Of a stretch of DNA of 62,839 nucleotides, positions 1 through 8,721 are shown one piece after another. The translations under genes were made by a program, and so were the position numbers. Every line of letters begins with the position of its first letter. Within the stretch, counting starts at the first letter, position 1. Origin of the DNA: a virus (lineage: Duplodnaviria; Caudoviricetes); the IMG/VR virus record IMGVR_UViG_3300047548_001519, positions 1 through 62,839 of that record. One strand, written 5' to 3'. The notes below the pieces were generated by a model. It was not told the origin of the DNA. It worked only from the letters and a program-made list of their open reading frames with translations, and did not search any database.

Positions 1-21
1 AATGTAGTGATATTGGTGCAT
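1..21 (-). CDS. 5' end of a gene truncated by the window edge (MHQYHYI...), possibly another homing endonuclease
   Basis: ATG at 21-19 is preceded by AGGAG inside a small hairpin (CTCCT-ATAC-AGGAG) and by a late promoter TATAAATA at 51-44. Confidence 0.4.
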
Positions 22-91
22 TAAGTTATCTCCTGTATAGGAGTATTTATAGCTCAATGGACCTCATTTCGACTATATGAACAAAATATTT

Positions 92-544
92 TTACATCAA
101 TTCAAAATGCGGGCAGTCGATGAAAGGGCGTCTACCTTCACGACGACGTGAGTCTACGTAGTAGTCCATAGCATCTTGCATGGTACCATCCCATTCACGG
201 ATGTCAGGAACATTCCAAGCTCCACCCCAACGAACAGGAACACCGATCTCAATTGCACCCAACCTCATTGCGTCTGCCAGATCGTCATACAGGTTCAATT
301 CCCAAGACACTCGATCGCCGATGTACGCAACAAGGTCTACCGCCATTCCTTTGATGTGCTTGGAGTCCATGGTCTGACTAGCACCAGATGCAACAAGTTC
401 ACGTTGACGCTCTACAGTCCGCAACCCTTCAGTTACGCCGAAGTCAATTTTGGTAACTGTAATTGCAAACTGGACTACTTCTACAAGAGCTGGTTCAACT
501 CCCTCCAATCTCTGTAATGATCTTTTTGATAGTTTAAATGCCAT
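92..544 (-). CDS. Endolysin, peptidase M15C family (L-Ala-D-Glu peptidase, T5 endolysin-like)
   Basis: FKLSKRS N-terminus, EGLRTVERQ, SKH..G.AVD and WGG.W...D.PHFEL zinc peptidase motifs. Confidence 0.9.
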   Translation of the reverse strand: MAFKLSKRSLQRLEGVEPALVEVVQFAITVTKIDFGVTEGLRTVERQRELVASGASQTMDSKHIKGMAVDLVAYIGDRVSWELNLYDDLADAMRLGAIEIGVPVRWGGAWNVPDIREWDGTMQDAMDYYVDSRRREGRRPFIDCPHFELM

Positions 545-1211
545 TATTTTGTCTCCTCCGTTGAGCCTCTTTACTTCTAGTATTCACGTAATCCCAATCA
601 CTTATTGACGAATAAATTTCTTTTTGTTTATGATACTGTTCTGTTGTTATTTGTATAGCCTTTCCTTGTTTATCTATACATGTAATCTTACCAGGAGTTC
701 CTTTGTAGTTTTCTTTACTAGATTTCGGTCTTTTAAGCAACTTTCTTGTGTGTTCTGTAAACGATTTTGCTTTATAGTTAGGGTTTCTATCACCTTTTCT
801 CATCTCACTCCAAAGATGTTTTTGCTCATCAGAATGTTTTTTACCAAAAAAGGGATTGAGACTTCCTGTCTTACCATACATCCCATTAAGAGGGCCACTA
901 GCCCCTTTTCTATACACTCCTTTTGGAGCACCATCCATCCCATTTTCTTCTTGTAAATTGAGCCATTTAGTAGAATCAACTATATCAAAGAATGATGAAA
1001 AGAACAACGCAAATTCTTGCAACAATTCCACATCATAAAAAGGCTCCGACACCCACAAAGTTTTTACATGGGATGGGCCGTGCTTTTTGATGTGTCTCAA
1101 CCAATGAGTGCCAGACCCTTTATACTGATGTATATTTTCTTTAGTCGTTCTACCAAAATAATACTTGTCGGTTAGTTCGTGACGCTTGATATAAAGATAT
1201 GTTGGGGTCAT
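534..1211 (-). CDS. Free-standing homing endonuclease, GIY-YIG-like (Seg-type) with NUMOD3-like repeats
   Basis: YLYIK...YYFG..T, YKGSG..W, LN...G.DG, NPFFGKKHSDE motifs. Confidence 0.8.
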   Translation of the reverse strand: MTPTYLYIKRHELTDKYYFGRTTKENIHQYKGSGTHWLRHIKKHGPSHVKTLWVSEPFYDVELLQEFALFFSSFFDIVDSTKWLNLQEENGMDGAPKGVYRKGASGPLNGMYGKTGSLNPFFGKKHSDEQKHLWSEMRKGDRNPNYKAKSFTEHTRKLLKRPKSSKENYKGTPGKITCIDKQGKAIQITTEQYHKQKEIYSSISDWDYVNTRSKEAQRRRQNNGI

Positions 1212-3025
1212 AAGTCGACTCCAACTTTATTACATGCGATAATCCAATCACGAACTAAACTACTTCTTACGATATCATCTACAACAAATTCTATGTGTGT
1301 AAATGAAGGCATTGTTTTAGCAATCTCGAGAAATTGCTTTACCCCACTTACATCGTTTCTCGATTTATTTAAATCAGTTTGTCTATAATCACCACACCAG
1401 ATAATTTTGGAACGATATCCCACTCGTGTCATCACTGTTGAAATTTCACTCCAATTCATGTTCTGGCATTCATCCACGATAATGATTGCATCATCGAACG
1501 ATTGCCCTCGAATAAACGATGTAGAGATGAACTCAATATATCCTTGCTCTTCTAGTCTTTGGTATGCGTCTGGTCTTCCGAATAGAGTGTGACAGATTTG
1601 TTGATAAGGTTGACGATAGATTTGAGTCTTCTCTTCGAGGTCACCGGGCAGATGACCGACTTCCCTTGACGGGACTGCAGAACGGACAATAATAATCTTA
1701 TCGAATGGATTTGATTTGTCGAGTACTTCTTCGATTGCCTTGTAGAGAGCAACGAAGGTATTGTGTGTGACAATGTAGTCATCTGTTACATAGAGATGGT
1801 CCTCACTATCGATCATAATACACTGAGCTTCTTCCTCCCCAACCACTTCAATAGAGCTAACTCGTCTACGCAATTCAACCCGCCCGTGTGCAAATTGTTC
1901 TGGTAATCTGTCCTGCTTACGAGGAAGGGAAAATAGCAGTTTGGGTGTCGGATGTGCAATGTGTAGGGTATAAGCCCTCTTGCCTGCTTTTGTTTCTCCA
2001 AGGTATGAATAGTGTGGAACTCGGTGTGTGATGGTACATGTTGCGCCTACAGACCAAAGGAGCTGTTGTACATCCAAGGCTAGTTGATGACTTACCGTTG
2101 TGTATGATACAGTACCTCGTTTACCCACAGTACCATCAGTATCTAACAACCCCCTAATCAACTCAAGCCGTTGTTGCAAACTACACTGATTATAAGAGCT
2201 GGGGATGAACTTTTCTGCTGATGTACAGCCATATAATCCTAGCTCACTTAACATCTGTTTGTAAAAGTTAGTAAAGTGACCTTTTGTGTTGATGTGGGTT
2301 TGATTCTTTTGTATAATTGCAAACTCTATGTCTCCACGCTGTGACAGCGTATACCCTTCATCCAACTCACTTGTTACTTTTTCTATGATATGGCTGTCAG
2401 CAGATGTTAGGGAAATATGATGTGTCATCCCTCCATCTCCAAGCAGTGCTCCTAACACGTATGGGGTGATAGGTAAGGCACAGTCAATACCAGGAGTGGG
2501 TGTAATCATGTCGACTGAAACAGATCTACCAGAGTCAATCACACTTAGTATATCTAATGTATTCACCACATGGTACTGTGCTTTTCGACCGTTATTATCT
2601 GGATACCAAACACCCCAGAGATGCTCTGCACAAGCTCTCGTTGAGCTGCCATCGTGGAAGGTAATCTGGAATATTTCCTTCTTACCCTGCGGAAATATTC
2701 CCGTAATAGGAGCCAGGTCACCTTTAGGTGTTACAACAAGATCTCCAACATTGAGGTCTCCCATCAGCTTCCAACTTGATGGTGTTAGAATTTTTGCATC
2801 TAGGGGTTGGGCTTTACCAGTTCCTGCCACACCGTGGAGAGCTATAAAGTAGTCACCTTGTTTGTATGCATCAAAGAATTTTTTCTGGTTGTCGGTTAGG
2901 GGATCAAAAGTTTTTAAATCATCAATTCTAAGTTTTAGATGGTTGTTTGGTTTTGGTTTGTCAAATTTCTCTTCCGGTTGTACTAGCTCAGTCACGTTAT
3001 CATGCTTCTGTTGTCGTCTGGCCAT
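1208..3025 (-). CDS. phoH: PhoH-family ATPase interrupted by an intein
   Basis: Walker A GVAGTGK|T split by the insertion; GHLPGDLEEK, FIRGQSFD, IIVDECQN, GD..Q.DL, DIVRS.LV motifs. Confidence 0.93.
   Translation of the reverse strand: MARRQQKHDNVTELVQPEEKFDKPKPNNHLKLRIDDLKTFDPLTDNQKKFFDAYKQGDYFIALHGVAGTGKAQPLDAKILTPSSWKLMGDLNVGDLVVTPKGDLAPITGIFPQGKKEIFQITFHDGSSTRACAEHLWGVWYPDNNGRKAQYHVVNTLDILSVIDSGRSVSVDMITPTPGIDCALPITPYVLGALLGDGGMTHHISLTSADSHIIEKVTSELDEGYTLSQRGDIEFAIIQKNQTHINTKGHFTNFYKQMLSELGLYGCTSAEKFIPSSYNQCSLQQRLELIRGLLDTDGTVGKRGTVSYTTVSHQLALDVQQLLWSVGATCTITHRVPHYSYLGETKAGKRAYTLHIAHPTPKLLFSLPRKQDRLPEQFAHGRVELRRRVSSIEVVGEEEAQCIMIDSEDHLYVTDDYIVTHNTFVALYKAIEEVLDKSNPFDKIIIVRSAVPSREVGHLPGDLEEKTQIYRQPYQQICHTLFGRPDAYQRLEEQGYIEFISTSFIRGQSFDDAIIIVDECQNMNWSEISTVMTRVGYRSKIIWCGDYRQTDLNKSRNDVSGVKQFLEIAKTMPSFTHIEFVVDDIVRSSLVRDWIIACNKVGVDL
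1760..2812 (-). mobile_element. Class 3 intein (351 aa) with LAGLIDADG endonuclease, inserted in the PhoH P-loop
   Basis: Starts AQPLDAKI, ends VTHN followed by Thr; block B CAEHLW, block F AQCIMID, block G IVTHN; LGALLGDG and IRGLLDTDG LAGLIDADG helices. Confidence 0.9.
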
Positions 3026-3037
3026 AAATTCTCCATC

Positions 3038-3280
3038 TTAGATATCGGCGATAGTATTTAGTCTACTCCCCGGCGCTCTTGAGTGGATTTTTTGCAGCAC
3101 TTCTTTGAATCCTCCATCAACTTTTCTTACCCCAAGTCGTACAGGGTCACCTAGATTCATTGTAGAATGAAAAGATTCAAAATCTGGGTTTTCTTTAAGA
3201 AAATCTTCCTTCTCAGCAATTTTCATTTGCTTTTCAATTACTTCCCCAGTTTTTGTATTTTTAAATTGATATGTTGGCAC
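3038..3280 (-). CDS. Small conserved T4-like phage protein (FmdB-like N-terminus PTYQFKN..TGE)
   Basis: GTG start after GAGGAG; DGGFKEVLQKI motif typical of T4-like phage small proteins. Confidence 0.6.
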   Translation of the reverse strand: MPTYQFKNTKTGEVIEKQMKIAEKEDFLKENPDFESFHSTMNLGDPVRLGVRKVDGGFKEVLQKIHSRAPGSRLNTIADI

Positions 3281-3290
3281 TACAATCTCC

Positions 3291-3602
3291 TCAAGCCAAG
3301 AATGCACCAATAAGAAAAATTACAAACAAAATAATTATTCCCAAAGCCATAAGAAATGATCCACCGCTAGCCTGGCTTGGATTGCTTTTTGATTTTTTAT
3401 CATAGCTAACCCACCGAACCCCGTTACCCAAATTTACAGTTAGCCTTGATGGGTGTCCTTTACCACCAAGAAGGTTTCCTGTGTTGTATGTAACATTGCT
3501 GGCTGCTTTTACAGAAGCAGAAGCTCGTGGTCCTCTTTTACTATAAGAACCATTCAGCCAACCATCTTTTCCTTTTGTTCGTTTACGTACTTGAAGTCCC
3601 AT
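3291..3602 (-). CDS. DUF4236-like protein with C-terminal transmembrane helix
   Basis: MGLQVRKR.K..G.LN.S.SK.G.S.S pattern and hydrophobic C-terminus. Confidence 0.55.
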   Translation of the reverse strand: MGLQVRKRTKGKDGWLNGSYSKRGPRASASVKAASNVTYNTGNLLGGKGHPSRLTVNLGNGVRWVSYDKKSKSNPSQASGGSFLMALGIIILFVIFLIGAFLA

Positions 3603-3889
3603 TACATTAGCATCCTAAAGAGACCGACAGAGTCGATCGTTGTTAATAACAAATAATTGGCAAGCATTCCAAATGACTTTCTTGTCCAAGCTGCCCAAGC
3701 ATACATCGAACAACCAAGGATCCATATTGGATAAAGAATCATCAAAGGTGGATTGGGAACAGTCAGTGCCATGGCGAGTGCACAACCAATTGACATTGCC
3801 CAGGCCAACAATTCAATTACAAATCGTACACGATGAGAATTCCAATCTTCTTTTATCCATGCAAATGTGTTGTAGAAGAGATCGTTCAT
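3602..3889 (-). CDS. Small multi-pass membrane protein
   Basis: Three hydrophobic segments; coupled to neighbours by overlapping start/stop codons. Confidence 0.65.
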   Translation of the reverse strand: MNDLFYNTFAWIKEDWNSHRVRFVIELLAWAMSIGCALAMALTVPNPPLMILYPIWILGCSMYAWAAWTRKSFGMLANYLLLTTIDSVGLFRMLM

Positions 3890-4410
3890 TTGATTGGCCA
3901 GTGTTTGTTGAATCGTTCAAAATAGAACATCAGTTCTTCTTTATCATCGTCAAAATACTCACCAACATAATCAGACCTCACCGCTGAGTGTATATTCTCA
4001 CATAACGCAATTAATGTCAAATCTTTCCGCTCGTACCCAAAAGAGTACAATACATCCAACATCCATTTCCAGTTACCACCTCGAATAATTCCAGCTTCAA
4101 CAAGGACTAGCTTTTTGGGGAGTCCCATTTCAAATCGACGCCATTTAAACTCAGCCTCAAATTTCTTGATATAGAAGTCTGGACTCTCATCAGGATATGC
4201 TACGTCGACAGGAATGATTGGAATGATCTCTCCATCGCGTGACCACATATGTGCGAAATGCATTGCGACAGTTGCTGAATAGTCCGGAGAAGCCATAATA
4301 ATAGCTGTATCTTTTGGATCCAATCCTACCGTATCCACCACAGTGAGGAGACGATTGATCAACTCATGTTCTTTTTGCCTGGTGATAAACTTAAGCGGTC
4401 TTCTGGTCAT
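3886..4410 (-). CDS. Divergent type I phosphoribosyltransferase-fold protein
   Basis: LVLVEAGIIRGGN resembles the PRPP-binding loop; C-terminal DYVG......F.FE typical of HPRT/XPRT-like folds. Confidence 0.5.
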   Translation of the reverse strand: MTRRPLKFITRQKEHELINRLLTVVDTVGLDPKDTAIIMASPDYSATVAMHFAHMWSRDGEIIPIIPVDVAYPDESPDFYIKKFEAEFKWRRFEMGLPKKLVLVEAGIIRGGNWKWMLDVLYSFGYERKDLTLIALCENIHSAVRSDYVGEYFDDDKEELMFYFERFNKHWPIK

Positions 4411-4576
4411 TTAGGGGTTCCTCTAGAGCGTCCAACACACAATCCTCAGTAGAAAGGATATCCTGATAGTCGGCCGGTGGTTTTTTTTTGGAAAAAATTC
4501 GGTCCCAATTGCTCTCGAATGTTTCCTGGTCTACGGAAAATGGTCTTGGAGCAGATCCTTTTCCTCCGTCACTCAT
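4391..4576 (-). CDS. Conserved small phage protein (GGKGS..RP......F..NWDRIF)
   Basis: Recognisable phage motif; strong RBS AGGAG. Confidence 0.7.
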   Translation of the reverse strand: MSDGGKGSAPRPFSVDQETFESNWDRIFSKKKPPADYQDILSTEDCVLDALEEPLNDQKTA

Positions 4577-4590
4577 ATGTATCTCCTAAT

Positions 4591-4615
4591 AAAAAGAGCC
4601 ACCGAAGTGGCTCTT
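4591..4615 (-). terminator. Rho-independent terminator with UUCG tetraloop
   Basis: - strand AAGAGCCAC-TTCG-GTGGCTCTT-TTT. Confidence 0.85.
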
Positions 4616-4637
4616 GTAGTTAATTATTGTGGACAGA

Positions 4638-5012
4638 TCACTTCTTAACACTGTAGAAGTATGTCGATGCAGCTGCTTTCGAGAGACCAAGTTCCTTGGT
4701 AAACAACTCGATCATTGCGCCTCGACTCTGGTCCTGAGCCTTATTATATAGCTCTTTTGCACGCGACATCTTTGTCGACTTAGGTGCTTTAGCCGGTTTC
4801 TGCTTTGCGGTTGCCTTCTTCACTTTAGCCAAGGTGTCCTCAGCTGCTTCTACAGGCTCAACATCCTCTGTCAGGTCCATCGTAAGAAGGTTCTCAATAT
4901 CACCTTCAGCTTCCGGATACTTCTGAATGAGAATGTCACGAGCCTCGTCTGCTGAGTAGGACTGCGTGAGGTGCTTGTACATGGACTTAATTACTTGTTC
5001 ACTGATAGCCAT
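4638..5012 (-). CDS. Hypothetical protein, Lys/Ala-rich linker and putative C-terminal HTH DNA-binding domain
   Basis: ELGLSKAAASTYFY helix-turn-helix-like end; own promoter and RBS. Confidence 0.6.
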   Translation of the reverse strand: MAISEQVIKSMYKHLTQSYSADEARDILIQKYPEAEGDIENLLTMDLTEDVEPVEAAEDTLAKVKKATAKQKPAKAPKSTKMSRAKELYNKAQDQSRGAMIELFTKELGLSKAAASTYFYSVKK

Positions 5013-5056
5013 AATATAAATCTCCTGATATGATGTAAAGTTTGTACTACTTGGTC

Positions 5057-5085
5057 ACTATAAAACAAATTCGAATTAATGTCAA
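5057..5085 (-). promoter_or_regulatory. Sigma70-type early promoter
   Basis: TTGACA-N17-TATAGT. Confidence 0.75.
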
Positions 5086-5268
5086 CTACTCTTGTGCATC
5101 GTACTCAAAATAACCGTAATGTGTGCAGAACTCTTTCACTTCTCTCTCGGAAATCCAGCAAAGGATACTTTGCAGAACTTCACGAGCATCAATCAACTCA
5201 TCATCTACAGCTTCCAACAACGCTACCGTAAAAGCTCGGTGTCTTGCCAAATCAATTGCCATGTTCAT
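5086..5268 (-). CDS. Hypothetical early protein
   Basis: ORF with AGGAG RBS. Confidence 0.6.
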   Translation of the reverse strand: MNMAIDLARHRAFTVALLEAVDDELIDAREVLQSILCWISEREVKEFCTHYGYFEYDAQE

Positions 5269-5275
5269 CTCCTAA

Positions 5276-5509
5276 TCAAGCCCAATTCTTTTTGTCACCG
5301 TACAACTCATTCCACTCGTACCCAGCAGTGTATGCTTCCAATTGTTCGGCAGTCATCTCATCTTCAGAGTACTTCTTGCTATTGTAGGTAGCGCCCTCGA
5401 AGTAATGAGGATCATACCCACGGCCGTAGAAACTGTCTGCTGAACCACGATCAAAAGGACCACCGTGACGCTGATCGTATCGCTTAGTTGCTTCATAATC
5501 TATTGTCAT
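5276..5509 (-). CDS. Conserved phage hypothetical protein (RHGGPFDRGSADSFYGR)
   Basis: Start moved to MTIDYE after AAGGA RBS and promoter; recognisable phage motif. Confidence 0.7.
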   Translation of the reverse strand: MTIDYEATKRYDQRHGGPFDRGSADSFYGRGYDPHYFEGATYNSKKYSEDEMTAEQLEAYTAGYEWNELYGDKKNWA

Positions 5510-5539
5510 TTTATTTCCTTGTTTGTTCACTGTAAATAC

Positions 5540-5568
5540 ATTATAAATTAATTCGGAATTTTGGTCAA
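5540..5568 (-). promoter_or_regulatory. Sigma70-type early promoter
   Basis: TTGACC-N17-TATAAT. Confidence 0.8.
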
Positions 5569-5622
5569 CGATCACAAACCTGCCAGATGCTGCTCGATTT
5601 GACGACGATACTCTTCGTGTCA

Positions 5623-5808
5623 TTAGTATGCTCCTTCTTCCATCTGTTGGTTTGTAAGTTCTTCAACACCCGCTGACATACCGAGTCCTTCAAACATAGC
5701 AGCTAACTCATAAACACTGGGGGAGTGTCCTTCGTACAGGACCTTGTCCTCTTTCATAACAACTACCCAGTCTCCTGTGCCCAAACTGTTGGTAATAATC
5801 CTAATCAT
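5623..5808 (-). CDS. Hypothetical early protein
   Basis: Start moved to MIRIIT after AAGGAG; promoter TTGACC-N17-GACAAT at 5879-5851. Confidence 0.6.
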   Translation of the reverse strand: MIRIITNSLGTGDWVVVMKEDKVLYEGHSPSVYELAAMFEGLGMSAGVEELTNQQMEEGAY

Positions 5809-5884
5809 ACTGACTCCTTTGAGTTGATAAATGTTACCAGTTGATCTACCATTGTCCCAGATAATTAAATTTTGGTCAACCACC

Positions 5885-6037
5885 TTAGGCAGGGAAAAAG
5901 TCTGCATATCCGCCTGTCCCGCCTAGATGTGCCCAATCTTGATAAATCTCGTGCATGAAAGAACCAGAAACGCCAGTGTACAGTTTGCGATAAACCTCTT
6001 TGCCTTTGCTGTTGTAAACAACTAGGAAGTATCTCAT
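5885..6037 (-). CDS. 50-aa hypothetical early protein (MRYFLVVYNSKGKEVYRKLY...), not in ORF track
   Basis: AGGAG RBS; promoter TTGACC-N17-GATAAT at 6101-6073. Confidence 0.6.
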   Translation of the reverse strand: MRYFLVVYNSKGKEVYRKLYTGVSGSFMHEIYQDWAHLGGTGGYADFFPA

Positions 6038-6097
6038 TTTTTTGCTCCTGTTAATTTCTTTACTGTAATTTCATTATCCCCGATCTGGTCATTTTGG

Positions 6098-6205
6098 TCA
6101 ACTGATCAAAGCCCAAATTACACAAAAAATTAACAAAAGTTCTGCCACGGACATTAAAATTATCGTAGTCCAATCCTTAAAGATACTTTGGGGATGCGGT
6201 TTCAT
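6098..6205 (-). CDS. 35-aa single-pass membrane peptide (MKPHPQSIFKDWTTIILMSVAELLLIFCVIWALIS)
   Basis: Downstream of promoter TTGACG-N17-TACAAT at 6261-6233; weak RBS. Confidence 0.4.
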   Translation of the reverse strand: MKPHPQSIFKDWTTIILMSVAELLLIFCVIWALIS

Positions 6206-6265
6206 GGTGTAATTTTGTTCAATTGATGACTGATTGTATCAAGTAAACAAATTAACGTCAACAGG

Positions 6266-6421
6266 TCAGGTCTGCGGGGGAGTTTGTGGTGTTCGGGTTT
6301 GTAAAAACCGATAGAAATTCACGAAGTACGCAAACGCTTTGGGCTGATGAATAGGGTTTGGTACGGAACCAAATTCTTTGATCAAATTATTGTAGAGGTC
6401 GATTGCTTCTTTGTCAGTCAT
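6266..6421 (-). CDS. 51-aa conserved phage protein (MTDKEAIDLYNNLIKEFGSVPNPIHQPKAFAYFV...), not in ORF track
   Basis: ATGA overlap with clpP stop; FG..PNP.H.P..F.Y.V motif. Confidence 0.6.
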   Translation of the reverse strand: MTDKEAIDLYNNLIKEFGSVPNPIHQPKAFAYFVNFYRFLQTRTPQTPPQT

Positions 6422-6987
6422 ATGATTGAATCTGCAATATTAAATTTTAGCGCTTCTTCAGCAGACATATAGGTATCAGAGGGCCGCAATAGTTGTGATT
6501 TGATCTTTGATCTAACCAGACCAGTCGCTTGTTGCAGGATGTCAATCATTCTACTATTGCATCGCTCACCCTCAGCCATAGACGCCTTCAAGTCATGGTG
6601 CTTCCCTTGCATCTCGTCAGAGTATTGGTGACACATGAAACTAGTGTGCGACATTGCGTACCTGTGACCTTTCTCACCTGAAGCAAATATCAACAAGGCA
6701 GCACTCATCACAGATCCAACACCAATCACGTGGATTGGATGGACACTATGTTTCATCACGTCAATTAAAGCAAACGAAGAGTACAGATCGCCACCTGTCG
6801 AATTGATGTAGAGAGTAAGTGGTCTTATGGAGGTTGCGTTGAAATTCTCATACAAAATCCACTTGATGCACTTTTCAATGTTCTCCTCATCAATCTCTCC
6901 AGAAAGAAAATGCGTACGATTCTCAAGTAGTGTTGAGTCTACTCGATCGCTAACATTGAATTCTGAAGCGGCAGGAGGTCGTTTCAT
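6418..6987 (-). CDS. clpP: ClpP-family protease proteolytic subunit
   Basis: LYINSTGG, catalytic Ser (VMSAA), His (MCHQ), Asp (DTYMSAEEA). Confidence 0.88.
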   Translation of the reverse strand: MKRPPAASEFNVSDRVDSTLLENRTHFLSGEIDEENIEKCIKWILYENFNATSIRPLTLYINSTGGDLYSSFALIDVMKHSVHPIHVIGVGSVMSAALLIFASGEKGHRYAMSHTSFMCHQYSDEMQGKHHDLKASMAEGERCNSRMIDILQQATGLVRSKIKSQLLRPSDTYMSAEEALKFNIADSII

Positions 6988-7136
6988 CTAACGTAGTAAT
7001 AGTATGGTGCGTAGTAAGGAGCGTAATAAACTGCGGGTTGAGGATAGTATGTGTAAGGAGCATAGTAGTATCCAGCTGGATAAGCAACGCATCCACCTAG
7101 CAATCCTACCACCAACATGGCTAGTAATATTTTCAT
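6984..7136 (-). CDS. 50-aa Tyr/Pro-rich lipoprotein (MKILLAMLVVGLLGGCVAYPAGYYYAPY...), not in ORF track
   Basis: Lipobox LGGC, AAGGA RBS, ATGA overlap with clpP start. Confidence 0.7.
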   Translation of the reverse strand: MKILLAMLVVGLLGGCVAYPAGYYYAPYTYYPQPAVYYAPYYAPYYYYVR

Positions 7137-7149
7137 ATTTAGTCCTTAG

Positions 7150-7701
7150 TTAATGAAGCCTTGAGTAAGCTGGTAATGATTGTTTAAGAAACTGGAGTTG
7201 ATCTGCGAGGATATTTCTGTTCTTGAGTATCATTGCTTCCTCTCGTGTTGGTACATATGGCACATAGAGAAGTTTCATATCTGTCTCTTCAAGAAGAGAA
7301 TTCGCCTTACGATGGTTACATCTTTTACAAGCAGTAACACAATTCATCCAGCTATGCTCACCACCTCGTGATTTAGGAACAATGTGATCGTTAGTTAGCT
7401 GATATGATAAAAAGTGACCACCACAATATGCACAAACGTGTAGATCTCTTCCGAACAAGTTGTAGTTCGTTAGCGATGGAGTCTTAAAGGCAGGACGGTG
7501 ATCTCCGCGAACAGCCATGATGGAGGAAAACGTGATTGACGATTGCTTTCCAGTAAGACGATTTGTCCCGCCATACTTTGTCCAATCATACTCCCCCATT
7601 TCCCACACGACATAGTTTTTAGCTTTGTATGTAACAGCCTCTTGCCACGTCGCCCAATGATGAGGCACTCCTTGTTCATTGAGGGCCAAAACCAACGCCA
7701 T
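7150..7701 (-). CDS. HNH endonuclease (McrA-like, host-type)
   Basis: RD..CAYCG, DHIVPKSRGG..SW.N.VTAC..CN..K. Confidence 0.88.
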   Translation of the reverse strand: MALVLALNEQGVPHHWATWQEAVTYKAKNYVVWEMGEYDWTKYGGTNRLTGKQSSITFSSIMAVRGDHRPAFKTPSLTNYNLFGRDLHVCAYCGGHFLSYQLTNDHIVPKSRGGEHSWMNCVTACKRCNHRKANSLLEETDMKLLYVPYVPTREEAMILKNRNILADQLQFLKQSLPAYSRLH

Positions 7702-8095
7702 TTAGTTGATACTCCGTTAGATAAGGTTTCCATTGTTCTGCAAAACTGCAGTTATCGTTACACCCTTTGAAGAGTGGGGCAATATCACGATCCTTATATC
7801 CAGCAAGTCCACAGCCGATCCTTGTAACAAAAAAATGAACTGAAGGATACTCGTGGGTGATCTTGATAAACCTATCAATATATAGCTTGATGTGTTCGAT
7901 CTTCATTGTAGCAACATCATGGTCTTTAGTTGGAATTGCATATGATCTACCTGCAGCTCCAACGCCTTGACCGTACCGAGCACCATACCTCAGAGCTTGC
8001 TTAGCAGCACCTGCACCGTGAATTCCTGCTAAGTTTGAACCGAAAACAAAAACCTCGTTTTCACGAGGCTGTGAACCGTCTTTGTGAAATTTCAT
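7676..8095 (-). CDS. Macrodomain (Appr-1-p/ADP-ribose processing-like) protein
   Basis: VFVFGSNLAGIHGAGAA and TRIGCGLAG glycine loops. Confidence 0.75.
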   Translation of the reverse strand: MKFHKDGSQPRENEVFVFGSNLAGIHGAGAAKQALRYGARYGQGVGAAGRSYAIPTKDHDVATMKIEHIKLYIDRFIKITHEYPSVHFFVTRIGCGLAGYKDRDIAPLFKGCNDNCSFAEQWKPYLTEYQLNGVGFGPQ

Positions 8096-8102
8096 AACAA
8101 CC

Positions 8103-8483
8103 TCATCGATCTGGAACCATCACGGTTCTTGTACAATTGCAATCAGGAAAGTACATATCCACTGCTCTGTATCTTGGACTATATGGTGTTCCAGGAGGAG
8201 GTACTCCAGGAGGCACAATAGCTATCGGTCTAGGATAACTTGGAGCGGGAATAACTGGATATGCTGGATATCCATATCCTACAGGTGGACCATACACAGG
8301 AGGTGCATATACTGGTGGTGGGGCGTACACAGGAGGTGCGAGAGCACCTGCCAGCAGCTGTATACCAATTACACTTGCAGCACCAATTAACGCACCCTGC
8401 TCACGATCCCCCCAAGCCATGGCTGGAGATCCCGCTGTTAAGGTCGTCGCTACTAACAGTACTGCGGTTAATATTTTACGCAT
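8103..8483 (-). CDS. Secreted/membrane proline-rich protein
   Basis: Signal peptide ending AMA-W, WGDREQGAL.G motif, PPVYA repeats. Confidence 0.7.
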   Translation of the reverse strand: MRKILTAVLLVATTLTAGSPAMAWGDREQGALIGAASVIGIQLLAGALAPPVYAPPPVYAPPVYGPPVGYGYPAYPVIPAPSYPRPIAIVPPGVPPPGTPYSPRYRAVDMYFPDCNCTRTVMVPDR

Positions 8484-8496
8484 TGTAGGCTCCTAA

Positions 8497-8628
8497 TTAT
8501 TTTCCAAACACATAACCAACAAACAAGATCAGAACAGGCAGTACAATGATAGATGCCCCTGCAATAAATTCACCAACGATTTCAGTTTTCGTCAAACCAG
8601 CTTCACGCATTTCACGAATAATATTCAT
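8497..8628 (-). CDS. Small membrane protein with its own early promoter
   Basis: Start MNIIRE after AAGGAG; promoter TTGACC-N17-TATACT at 8688-8660. Confidence 0.55.
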   Translation of the reverse strand: MNIIREMREAGLTKTEIVGEFIAGASIIVLPVLILFVGYVFGK

Positions 8629-8721
8629 TGGGTGCTCCTTATTTGTCCACTGTAAAGATAGTATAAAATAAATTATCTTAAAGGTCAACAGCAGGTAACC
8701 TATTGATGTATAAGAAAAATT

